From: an uncultured Verrucomicrobiota bacterium
Lineage (GTDB): Bacteria > Verrucomicrobiota > Verrucomicrobiia > Opitutales > Seribacteraceae
NCBI GenBank assembly: GCA_902612125.1
Contig: CACMBV010000002.1
Location: 73,282 to 137,281, forward strand
DNA length: 64,000 bases
Reading direction: 5' to 3'
The position numbers and the translations under genes are program-made. The notes beneath the pieces were generated by a model that did no database searches, was not told where the DNA came from, and saw nothing but the letters and a program-made list of their open reading frames with translations. Positions 9,414 through 17,987 of this stretch are shown here, one piece after another. Position 1 is the stretch's first letter; each line of letters opens with the position of its first letter.

Positions 9414-10925
9414 TTATTTACCTATGGCATACAGATGAGTTTGCGTGGCAACATAAAGAGTTTTGTTTGCCACGACGGGAGAACTGTAAACGGGTGCCCC
9501 CATATTGACTGTTTTTACCTCCGGTTTCTCTTTTCCATGATCAAGGATAAGAAGATCTCCATCCTCATTGCCGAGAAGAACTTTATCGTCTGCTACCAGT
9601 GTGGATCCCCATATGCGGCTGAAAGAATCATGTGTCCAGTAAAGCTTGCCGGTCTCCGCATCCAGGCAGTGAATGATACCCGCATACTCGGCAATGTAGA
9701 CCAAACCCTCATGAACTGATGCCGTGGAAATGGTGCGCCCAACATCGTTATATTTCCACAAAACCTGGCCGTTGCTTGGATCTATGCATGAAAGACGACC
9801 TACCCCATCCCCATGTTCGGGATCCTGACCAATTGCACAATAAACCTTATCCTCGTAGAGAACGGGTGTGCCGATGAGCTCGCTTGGTCCGGGAGGGGTT
9901 GCATAAGGAATCTTCTTTCCATCCTTGTCATTACGGTAACTCAATTCATTACAATCAACTTTCCATTTTGGCTGAAAGAGGTCATAGCCATCTTCGTCCT
10001 TTTGCGTTTCGTTCAGGTAACCGTAACAGTAGCCATCCGTTCCTCCCCAAATCAGAATTTCCTCGCCTTTGATTTTTCCATATGTCAAGGAAGACCAGGC
10101 TGCGTGAAGGGCACCGGCACTCGCTCCGGAGCCATCTTCCCCGATTAATTCTCCGGTGTTCTTATCCAATGCCACCCAGCTCGGAGAAAGAGGGCTGGGA
10201 ATGTTGGTGTGAGACCAGTCAACTCCATTGGAAGTGGCGACATAAACTGTGTCACCAATAAGTAATGGCGAAGAACTCGTTACATTGTGTGGAAAAACTC
10301 CGAGCTCATCTCGCATGTCATACATCCAAATAATGTCAGCATCCAATTCTTTATTCAGCACATCTTGTGTGCCCTTCGGCTTGACATAATTTGCCTCATC
10401 CATGTAGGGCCCATCATTTCCGTTTTTGAAACCTTCAATATCAAGGCACACCACTTCACACTTATTTGTAACTACATATACCATGTTACCCTCAATCGCT
10501 GGGGAAGAACAGACTCCAATATATTCCCAGTCACTAACCTTCCCAGCTCCCAGCTTTGGTATGACCAATTGCCACTCAAGATCACCGCTTTTCTCATTGA
10601 AACACATTACCACCCCACGGTCTCCTTTCTTACCACCATCACGGGGCGACTCATTATTGGTTCCGGCAAAAACCCGTCCATTGGCAATGGTTACATTTCC
10701 GTAGGCTTGGGATCCAAGTTTGGCTACCCACTTAATGTTGGTGGTGGTTTCCATATTTACGGATTCATCATCGTTCATTTCCCCGGGATCGAAATCGAAA
10801 TCGAGATCTTCCTCGAGGGACACCATATTACGAGTGGCGTCTCCTCCCCAGGTGGGCCAATCGGCGGCGAAAACATTTGAACTACTAAGAAAAGCGAGAG
10901 CGAATAGAAATCGGAGTGTGTTCAT
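9414..10925 (-). CDS. Exported PQQ-binding-like beta-propeller protein
   Basis: Signal peptide (VFA/ADWPTWGG), Trp-docking propeller repeats, acidic insertions. Confidence 0.85.
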   Translation of the reverse strand: MNTLRFLFALAFLSSSNVFAADWPTWGGDATRNMVSLEEDLDFDFDPGEMNDDESVNMETTTNIKWVAKLGSQAYGNVTIANGRVFAGTNNESPRDGGKKGDRGVVMCFNEKSGDLEWQLVIPKLGAGKVSDWEYIGVCSSPAIEGNMVYVVTNKCEVVCLDIEGFKNGNDGPYMDEANYVKPKGTQDVLNKELDADIIWMYDMRDELGVFPHNVTSSSPLLIGDTVYVATSNGVDWSHTNIPSPLSPSWVALDKNTGELIGEDGSGASAGALHAAWSSLTYGKIKGEEILIWGGTDGYCYGYLNETQKDEDGYDLFQPKWKVDCNELSYRNDKDGKKIPYATPPGPSELIGTPVLYEDKVYCAIGQDPEHGDGVGRLSCIDPSNGQVLWKYNDVGRTISTASVHEGLVYIAEYAGIIHCLDAETGKLYWTHDSFSRIWGSTLVADDKVLLGNEDGDLLILDHGKEKPEVKTVNMGAPVYSSPVVANKTLYVATQTHLYAIGK

Positions 10926-10948
10926 TGGAATAGGATTTAAATGAAAAA

Positions 10949-13285
10949 TTAATTTTGGATAATCGAAATATTGTCGATGTATACTTTCTTTTTACTCTGG
11001 GGTGACATGGCATAGATGCCCGGAGCTCCGTGGGTGTGAGCTTGGTTATGCTCAACTTCCAAAGTCCATTCATCTGGTTCGGTTTCTTCTTTTGGCCATG
11101 CCTTCGCCCGGATGAGCCCGTTACCCATCTCATCGACAGTTACATTTGTTTTGAGGCGGTACCAGGATTTGATTTTAATTGAAAAAGGGACGGAATGACG
11201 AAATCGATCAAAATTAGAAACAACTTCCAATCTCTGACTGTTGCCTACCAAAACGAAAATATAACGCTGATGAATGAGACCAATATTGGATTTGATTCGG
11301 CGATCACCATCGGTCATCACATCCGCTTCCATGGTGTAATTCTTCATATCTTTGTGTCCTATGAAGTTGATCGCTCGCTGGAAAAGAACACGGTCAAGCG
11401 TATTTCCCGCCACCTTATTTTCCTCCATTGCCTGAATCTGCCATCTCATCCTGGCACCCAACCAAGAGAGAGGGGGATAGGAAAAAGGAATATCATCGGA
11501 ACTGGTATGTACAAATTCAAACCCGTTTTCAAAATCTTCATGATATGGAGGATTTGGTAACACCCGCCCGCGAGAGATTCCAAAAAGGGATCCTTTGGAA
11601 ACCTTTAAGGCACCTGCGGATAAGGAAGCGTTTGATTTGGCAGACAAAACGCCGTCTATAATAACCGCGTCCACTCTAGATTTTACTTTTGCTGAGGGTG
11701 GAATCCATTTTTCCCAGCTCAAAGAATCTTTGCCTGTTTCAGAACCATTGATTTTGGCAATCCTCTTACCACTGGCGTCCAAGGAAAAGACATCGAACTT
11801 GATTTCATTCCCGGCTTTCAAAGCAAATTCTGCGGGGACCACTTGCAGTGAGACCGCAGAATCATTTGCCGGAGGATCGGTCAAAATATGTTTGAATCCC
11901 TCATATGGTTTTACCACGAAGGGAGGGGCCGGGGACTTTGAACCAAAGCAATACAACTTTCTTTTAGACTGAACCAGGACTCTTCCATGAGCAACCGCTG
12001 GTGCAGCAAGACAAGCGGAGCCCAAATCCAATTCATTGATAATTTTTGCACTCTCACCCGTATCTTCAACCACAAAAAGCTTCCCGTTAAACATGGGAAC
12101 ATATAATCTACCGTCAGCCCAGGTGGGCGAGGCATGTATTTGGTCGGGAGCAAGCTTAAGAACCCAACACTCTTCACCAGTATTAGCGTCGAGGCAAACC
12201 AATTCACCACGCTTGATGGTTGTGTAAACTCTTCCATTTTGGTAGACAGGGGTGCTTGTAAACGCCTCAATTCCGTTGTTTCTCCAAATTTCATGGTTTT
12301 TACCTAGGACTAAAATATCTTCTCCTAATCCGGGCAAAGACTTGGGTTTTTTGATCGCAACCATTCTGCCAATAATCGTACTGTCCACATTCTCTTTACC
12401 ATGGACCGCGATAATCGAATCGTCATGAATCACCACCCCGGCATTGACTCCACCATATGACATTTGAAACCGCCATAAAGCTTGCCCAGTGCGTGCATCG
12501 ATACAAACAACATGCCCACATCCCGTACCGCTGTAAAAAACTCTCCTCCCGCTTGGTAAATCTTCGAAAGTGAGTGGAGCAAATGAACTATCTTTAGGAG
12601 TAATCCCTGGTGTGGACGACCATACTAAATCTCCGCTATCTTTGTCAAAAGCATAAAATCTGTCCCTCGCAGGACCCTGTTTTCCCCAATTTGCGGTAAT
12701 TGCATGAATAATTACCAAGTGTCCATCGACGCATGGACCGCCAGTTCTGCCATTTGGAAAAGTAAGCCTTGCAAACTCTTCCATCAAAGAGCGTTCCCAT
12801 ATTTTTTTACCATCCGGGTCATAGGCGATCAGTAACCCTGGGCTTGTTTGAAAATAGACATTACCGGACGCCGGATCCACACAGGCAGCCCCTACCCCGT
12901 AACGGTTGTAAACAATATCACTGATAAAATCACTGTGCCTTCTCTGCCAAAGAACATCACCCGTGCTTGCATCAAAACATACCAGTGCCTCCTGCAGATC
13001 ATCAACAGTACCGTAGTACCCAAACTGGAATGCCTTACCTCCAGCAATTACCGGTACCCCACCGCCCTGAATATCATGTGTCCAAATCAATGAACGATTC
13101 AAATCCGTAGGAAGTCCTGTTTGATCCGAAACACCTGTGCCCTCAGGTCCCCGCCAATACAGCCAGTTTGAATCTACCGAGGATGTACTTACGGATGTTT
13201 CTGGTTGTGATTTTGAGGAGAGGCAACCTTGGAAAAGAAAGGAAAGGATTAATAACTGGATAAACAGAAAGGGTTTTTTAAACAT
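10949..13285 (-). CDS. Lipoprotein with PQQ-like beta-propeller and C-terminal beta-sandwich (ConA-like) domain
   Basis: Lipobox FQGC at residue 20, NWLYWRGP, propeller repeats to about residue 450, then a lectin-like beta-rich domain ending VYIDNISI. Confidence 0.8.
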   Translation of the reverse strand: MFKKPFLFIQLLILSFLFQGCLSSKSQPETSVSTSSVDSNWLYWRGPEGTGVSDQTGLPTDLNRSLIWTHDIQGGGVPVIAGGKAFQFGYYGTVDDLQEALVCFDASTGDVLWQRRHSDFISDIVYNRYGVGAACVDPASGNVYFQTSPGLLIAYDPDGKKIWERSLMEEFARLTFPNGRTGGPCVDGHLVIIHAITANWGKQGPARDRFYAFDKDSGDLVWSSTPGITPKDSSFAPLTFEDLPSGRRVFYSGTGCGHVVCIDARTGQALWRFQMSYGGVNAGVVIHDDSIIAVHGKENVDSTIIGRMVAIKKPKSLPGLGEDILVLGKNHEIWRNNGIEAFTSTPVYQNGRVYTTIKRGELVCLDANTGEECWVLKLAPDQIHASPTWADGRLYVPMFNGKLFVVEDTGESAKIINELDLGSACLAAPAVAHGRVLVQSKRKLYCFGSKSPAPPFVVKPYEGFKHILTDPPANDSAVSLQVVPAEFALKAGNEIKFDVFSLDASGKRIAKINGSETGKDSLSWEKWIPPSAKVKSRVDAVIIDGVLSAKSNASLSAGALKVSKGSLFGISRGRVLPNPPYHEDFENGFEFVHTSSDDIPFSYPPLSWLGARMRWQIQAMEENKVAGNTLDRVLFQRAINFIGHKDMKNYTMEADVMTDGDRRIKSNIGLIHQRYIFVLVGNSQRLEVVSNFDRFRHSVPFSIKIKSWYRLKTNVTVDEMGNGLIRAKAWPKEETEPDEWTLEVEHNQAHTHGAPGIYAMSPQSKKKVYIDNISIIQN

Positions 13286-13318
13286 ATTTGATCATGAGTT
13301 TGCGAGGTAATGGTAAAT

Positions 13319-13346
13319 TTAGTACTTGTGTGTACTAATTTGTCAA
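13319..13346 (-). promoter_or_regulatory. Putative MarR operator (TTAGTAC-N6-GTACTAA) overlapping a sigma70 promoter of the operon
   Basis: Perfect 7-bp inverted repeat at 13319-13325/13332-13338; minus-strand TTGACA at 13346-13341 with TACTAA 16 bp downstream. Confidence 0.6.
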
Positions 13347-13378
13347 ACATCCTTGCCTGTTATCGGTAAATTATATTT

Positions 13379-13819
13379 TTGAATAACTTAAAAATAAAGA
13401 CATTTCCCCCTGCCCTGCGAGCTTGCTGGATTAAACTAAATTCGACTTTTGCAAAAAAATTGCAGCCCACTGGGATAACCCCGGACCAATATTCAGTATT
13501 AAGATGGATTCATGAGTTAGATCAGAAGGTGATTTGTCAAAAAGAACTTACGAAACTCCTTTTTACTGATCCGAACAATATCGCTTCCCTTGTTAAAAGA
13601 ATGGAAAAAAACGGACTGATCAAAAGACATGCAGTTGCTTCAGATGGAAGGAAGAAAAATATTGTCGCCACCGAACTTGGGAGGAAAAAATGGCTTCTTA
13701 GCAGACAAATTGCTTTGGAACTTGAGGACACATTATTGTCTGAACTCTCTGAGAACGAAAAACGCTTTTTATTATCTTCGCTTAAACAAATCTCCACTTA
13801 TCTAAACGGTAAAGATTAG
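13379..13819 (+). CDS. MarR family transcriptional regulator
   Basis: 146 aa; ITPDQYSVL, winged HTH, DGRKKNIVATELG; divergent from the operon. Confidence 0.9.
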   Translation: MNNLKIKTFPPALRACWIKLNSTFAKKLQPTGITPDQYSVLRWIHELDQKVICQKELTKLLFTDPNNIASLVKRMEKNGLIKRHAVASDGRKKNIVATELGRKKWLLSRQIALELEDTLLSELSENEKRFLLSSLKQISTYLNGKD

Positions 13820-15036
13820 ATGGCTCCCAATTGCAAGCACACCCAAGTTCCATCGCTCGATCTACAATGCAGGCGACCATTTGCATAACTGGGAGGAATC
13901 CAGTTATCTTTTCCTGATAACACCTGAAAACTGGCTCTTTCTGTAAATTGATTTGGGTTCGCATCTATCAAGACAAGTTCACCGGACTCATTTAACAAAA
14001 CAAGCGTATTGCCGACCATAATGAGGCTCCCTAGACCATATCCCTTTTTTTCCCAGATGATTCTACCGTTTTGATTATCCATGCAAAAAATAGTCGAAAA
14101 TCTCGAACGAGCTCCAGCTTGTCCATGAATTCCGTAGATAAAACCTTCATCGTGGATCAAGCTTGCCATTTGGGTGGCAACTTTTTCAGACTTCCACTCA
14201 ATTTTGCCATTTTTACCGGAGAAACGAATCAGGGCAGAACCCTTACCATAAGCACTAGATAACATTACTCTTGAGCCAACTTCCAGTGGCTGAGCTGCAT
14301 TTATTCCGTATCTGGTTTTGTGTTGGTAAAAGCTTTTTTCTCTTCCATCCAAAAGGCTGTGCAAGGAAAGCCCTGATTCATGAAAGACAAGAATTTGATC
14401 TGAATTCTTATATCTTTTGGGCGTGGAATATGCCGCCCCATAATGACCGTTTTTCCATAATATTTCTCCGGTTAATTTATTTAGAGCAATGAGTGCAGCT
14501 TGAGGTGCACCGGTTACTAGGATCAGTTTTTGGTCAATAACCACTGGTGAAGCTGCATACCCCCAAGTTGGGCGTCTCCCGTCCAAATCATCTGAAATAT
14601 TTAAACTCCAACTAATATTTCCGTTTTGAGAATTTATACAATATACATCTCCCATGTGGGTTGACAGATATAGGTTTCCATCGCTTACCAAAGGAGTTGT
14701 CCTACTGCCGCCTTTGAAATAATCATCAGCCTTGGAACAGGGAAACGCCGATTTCCAAATAATGTTCCCATCCCTTACATCCACACAGTATAGGGTGTTC
14801 CTCCCATTTGCATATCCTTGCGTGTAAGCCAGCCCTTTTGATTCAATGATGGATGAGAAACCAAGACCAACCTCCAATTCCCAAAGTTTCTGCGGTACTT
14901 TTCTTTCCCAGGTTTTCTTTAAATTATCTTCATAACTCTTAAATGTGCCCTCTACACCACCAAATCCTGGCCAATCGTCAGAAAAAACTGGAAGCATTGC
15001 CCAGAAGAAAATCAATATATATTTGCTGATCTGCAT
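13816..15036 (-). CDS. Exported PQQ-binding-like beta-propeller protein
   Basis: Signal peptide, DDWPGFGG, WGYAASP, propeller repeats of the PVC-expanded type. Confidence 0.85.
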   Translation of the reverse strand: MQISKYILIFFWAMLPVFSDDWPGFGGVEGTFKSYEDNLKKTWERKVPQKLWELEVGLGFSSIIESKGLAYTQGYANGRNTLYCVDVRDGNIIWKSAFPCSKADDYFKGGSRTTPLVSDGNLYLSTHMGDVYCINSQNGNISWSLNISDDLDGRRPTWGYAASPVVIDQKLILVTGAPQAALIALNKLTGEILWKNGHYGAAYSTPKRYKNSDQILVFHESGLSLHSLLDGREKSFYQHKTRYGINAAQPLEVGSRVMLSSAYGKGSALIRFSGKNGKIEWKSEKVATQMASLIHDEGFIYGIHGQAGARSRFSTIFCMDNQNGRIIWEKKGYGLGSLIMVGNTLVLLNESGELVLIDANPNQFTERASFQVLSGKDNWIPPSYANGRLHCRSSDGTWVCLQLGAI

Positions 15037-15142
15037 CTGTCTTTTTCAAAGACAAAGCATCCAAAAATTCAACCGTTAATTATCAGATTAACTATGAATT
15101 CGTGAAAATTTCATAGTCTAGGAAGTAAGCTTGTTAAAAACC

Positions 15143-16141
15143 TTAAATCCCAACAAAGGATACTTCAAGTTCATCACCAAAAAACTCGTGGAGATGTGAA
15201 TTGAGTGCACCCAAACCTGACCTTCTGGCAGACAAGGCAACCACGAGATAATCTGTTCCATCAGGTAGCAAAATCGCGGTATCAAGCCTTTCCCAAGTAG
15301 ATTGATCATTGTCGCTAAATAGGGATTGCTCAGAAGAATCAAGTTTTATGATAGAATCCTCTTCGAGTGTGGATAAAGCATGGAGTGATAAAATAAATTC
15401 GGTCGATTCACTCAGTTCAGAAAAACCCTGGTTGATGTGGATAACAGCATCAGCAGCTTTGAAGTTCCCAGCCTTGCGTTTCACATCATACACCCGAAGC
15501 GTTTCTACAATTTCGGCGGTACGAGAAACCGGATCTATCTCCATCGAACCCAGCTTGATCATTTCTCCATCAACCATCGGCAAAACACCACTTGAAGAAG
15601 GGGTGGACAGCATGGATTCAGAACTCATCATATTGAGACCATTTTCATGTCTAAATGTAAATTTCGACGCGTCCAAATTCCTGGAGGTAATCCCTCTGGA
15701 ATACTCCGTTGCCATTTGGAGTATTTTTCTTCGTGAATCAAGATTATCTGTTAAAGGATCACGATTGATTCGCGGAAAATCAGCAGTCAACTCCTCGGCA
15801 ACATGATCAATGGAAGGAGCAACACGAACTTCGTTGGGGGGGGGGGCTTGTGTGAGAAAATTGTGTAGCAGCCATGCAGAAAACAAGCAAACAAATACAG
15901 CAGCAAGTGAAAAGGCATAATTCAAAAAAGGGAAATGGATGATTTTTGGCTCCAAGCGATCGATATTTTCATTTTCTTCCCAATGAATAAGTGATTCCAG
16001 TAAGATCGTCTTACAGTATCTTCTTTGTAATGTCGGATTTTGATCGAGAAGGGAGGACAATTGGTCTGCTTCAATCTCAGTAATGGTCAAGTCCAATGCT
16101 TTGCTAACAAGCTTGTCAAAGTGCTGAGTGGTTGTTTTCAT
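15143..16141 (-). CDS. Putative anti-sigma factor (single TM)
   Basis: N-terminal helical segment, one TM at about residues 72-92, extracytoplasmic C-domain; directly downstream of an ECF sigma gene. Confidence 0.6.
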   Translation of the reverse strand: MKTTTQHFDKLVSKALDLTITEIEADQLSSLLDQNPTLQRRYCKTILLESLIHWEENENIDRLEPKIIHFPFLNYAFSLAAVFVCLFSAWLLHNFLTQAPPPNEVRVAPSIDHVAEELTADFPRINRDPLTDNLDSRRKILQMATEYSRGITSRNLDASKFTFRHENGLNMMSSESMLSTPSSSGVLPMVDGEMIKLGSMEIDPVSRTAEIVETLRVYDVKRKAGNFKAADAVIHINQGFSELSESTEFILSLHALSTLEEDSIIKLDSSEQSLFSDNDQSTWERLDTAILLPDGTDYLVVALSARRSGLGALNSHLHEFFGDELEVSFVGI

Positions 16142-16192
16142 AATGAAGATTCAAATGTACTTAGCACTTCTATCAATGATATTACATAAAGA

Positions 16193-16729
16193 TTAAGATT
16201 TCTTAAAATCCATTTCGGCTTCCACTAGAACTAATTTATCGGTTACGCATTGAAATAGCTTTTGGCGAATCCGATACAGGGTAGATGAAATCGCACCCAT
16301 GGGCCGATTAACTTTTTCTGAAATATCTTTAATGCTTTTTTCATCCTTGAATCTAAGTTTGGCAATAAATCTCATTTTCAGTGGTAAGAGATCGTAGCAC
16401 AACGAAAGAACTTTTTGCACTGCCTGCACTCTTTTTGTGTCAAACTCTTCTGCAGCAACATCTTCCACTATATCAGTTGAAAAACATAGTTTACTGCGTT
16501 TATGCTTGGTAATGTGCTTCATTACCTGGTATCTAGCTATACTAAAAGCCCATCCTTGAAAATGACCTTCTGGGTTGTACTCATTTTCTTTTTGGCAAAG
16601 TATCAAATTGGTCTCTTGTAATATATCCTCCGCTTCGGTGCGATTTGGCAAAAGCGACAGGATAAAGGCATATAATGATTTCTGTATGGCAGTCACCATT
16701 TGAGAATACTTTATGGAAACAGAAGTCAT
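16193..16729 (-). CDS. ECF RNA polymerase sigma factor (Rhodopirellula/Verrucomicrobium type)
   Basis: AEDILQETNLIL, FQGWAFSIARYQV, LYRIRQKLFQCV. Confidence 0.9.
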   Translation of the reverse strand: MTSVSIKYSQMVTAIQKSLYAFILSLLPNRTEAEDILQETNLILCQKENEYNPEGHFQGWAFSIARYQVMKHITKHKRSKLCFSTDIVEDVAAEEFDTKRVQAVQKVLSLCYDLLPLKMRFIAKLRFKDEKSIKDISEKVNRPMGAISSTLYRIRQKLFQCVTDKLVLVEAEMDFKKS

Positions 16730-16809
16730 CTCACTTTACAAAAACAATGTACAGGTATTATGATAAATAAGAATTAAGAGCGTGACTAAAACTAGATTAT
16801 AGTAGCCGA

Positions 16810-17955
16810 ATGAGAGTAAATCCATTAATTTGCTTTGCTGCAATTTCATTATCATTAATAATCTTCTTCTATCTTACCTACCGAAATGAAATCAACTCAG
16901 AATTCAAATTGGCGACAAAAATTGTTGATAGAAAAACCAACATTGATGAGAACAACCTTTCTTTAGACTTAAACCAGCATGACAATTGGCAAATCCTTAA
17001 AATAAACATTAGATATAAAAAAGAAATTGGCCTGTTACGAACGCTAAATGATAAAATAATTAACAGTCAAAAGTTTGTATTTTTTCTTTATAAATTTCTT
17101 GGCCGTAGTGTACAAGGTAGAAACGCGATTCTTTCACAAAATAGCTTTGCATCAAAAGATTTCAATGCAACCAATTTTTTATCCACCTTATTTTATACGA
17201 AATACGGCCAAGAAAGTAATGATAATCACATGATCATTATAAAAGGGAAAACGAAAAAAGCCGCAAAGATTCTTCAAATTGCGGTTGATAAAGCTCTGAA
17301 AAATTTTTATGAAAATCCTGAAAATGCTATCCTTTCCGTAACTGATATAAGGGCACTCAGCGAAAAAATTATACTGTTGGAAAATAAGTCAGCCGAACTG
17401 GTTTCCAGAATCAATACCATCAAACAAAATAACGATGATAATTTTGCTGCAATCTCACTCTCATCTGAAATCAATATTTTAAGAGACGAATTGTCTAAAC
17501 TACAAGATACACTCAAGGATATTCAGTCCACCGAATCATTAAAAATAAATGACGCGTTGTTAAAAAATGATTTTCTTAGAAATTTCGGTAAAATTGAGGA
17601 GTATGTCATTTTAATACAGCAGCTAACAAGAGCTTTAAACAGCAAACCAAACTCACCTGCTTCTGGCGAAATTCTTTCCAATAAAAGTAAGGTTTCTGCT
17701 CTTTTGGTAAGAGAATATGAAAATGCTATTAACAAACTCAGCCAGGATATTGCCGTCAAAAAAAAACAGTTGGACAATCTTGCCCAAAAAAGTATTCAGG
17801 AAACTTCTTTCCGTTCAGAAAGTAATTCTGCCATACCCGAAATTGTATTGTACGAAAAAGTAAAGTTCTCTCTTCAAAATTTAAGAAATGAGTACAATGA
17901 AATAATTAAATTTTGGAACGAATCTATAAAATATATAAGCTTTCATTCAGAATAA
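16810..17955 (+). CDS. Membrane-anchored coiled-coil hypothetical protein
   Basis: 381-aa ORF, N-terminal TM, heptad-rich C-half, very AT-rich. Confidence 0.6.
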   Translation: MRVNPLICFAAISLSLIIFFYLTYRNEINSEFKLATKIVDRKTNIDENNLSLDLNQHDNWQILKINIRYKKEIGLLRTLNDKIINSQKFVFFLYKFLGRSVQGRNAILSQNSFASKDFNATNFLSTLFYTKYGQESNDNHMIIIKGKTKKAAKILQIAVDKALKNFYENPENAILSVTDIRALSEKIILLENKSAELVSRINTIKQNNDDNFAAISLSSEINILRDELSKLQDTLKDIQSTESLKINDALLKNDFLRNFGKIEEYVILIQQLTRALNSKPNSPASGEILSNKSKVSALLVREYENAINKLSQDIAVKKKQLDNLAQKSIQETSFRSESNSAIPEIVLYEKVKFSLQNLRNEYNEIIKFWNESIKYISFHSE

Positions 17956-17987
17956 TCTACTATTTTAAATGCGATTAGTTTCATCAG

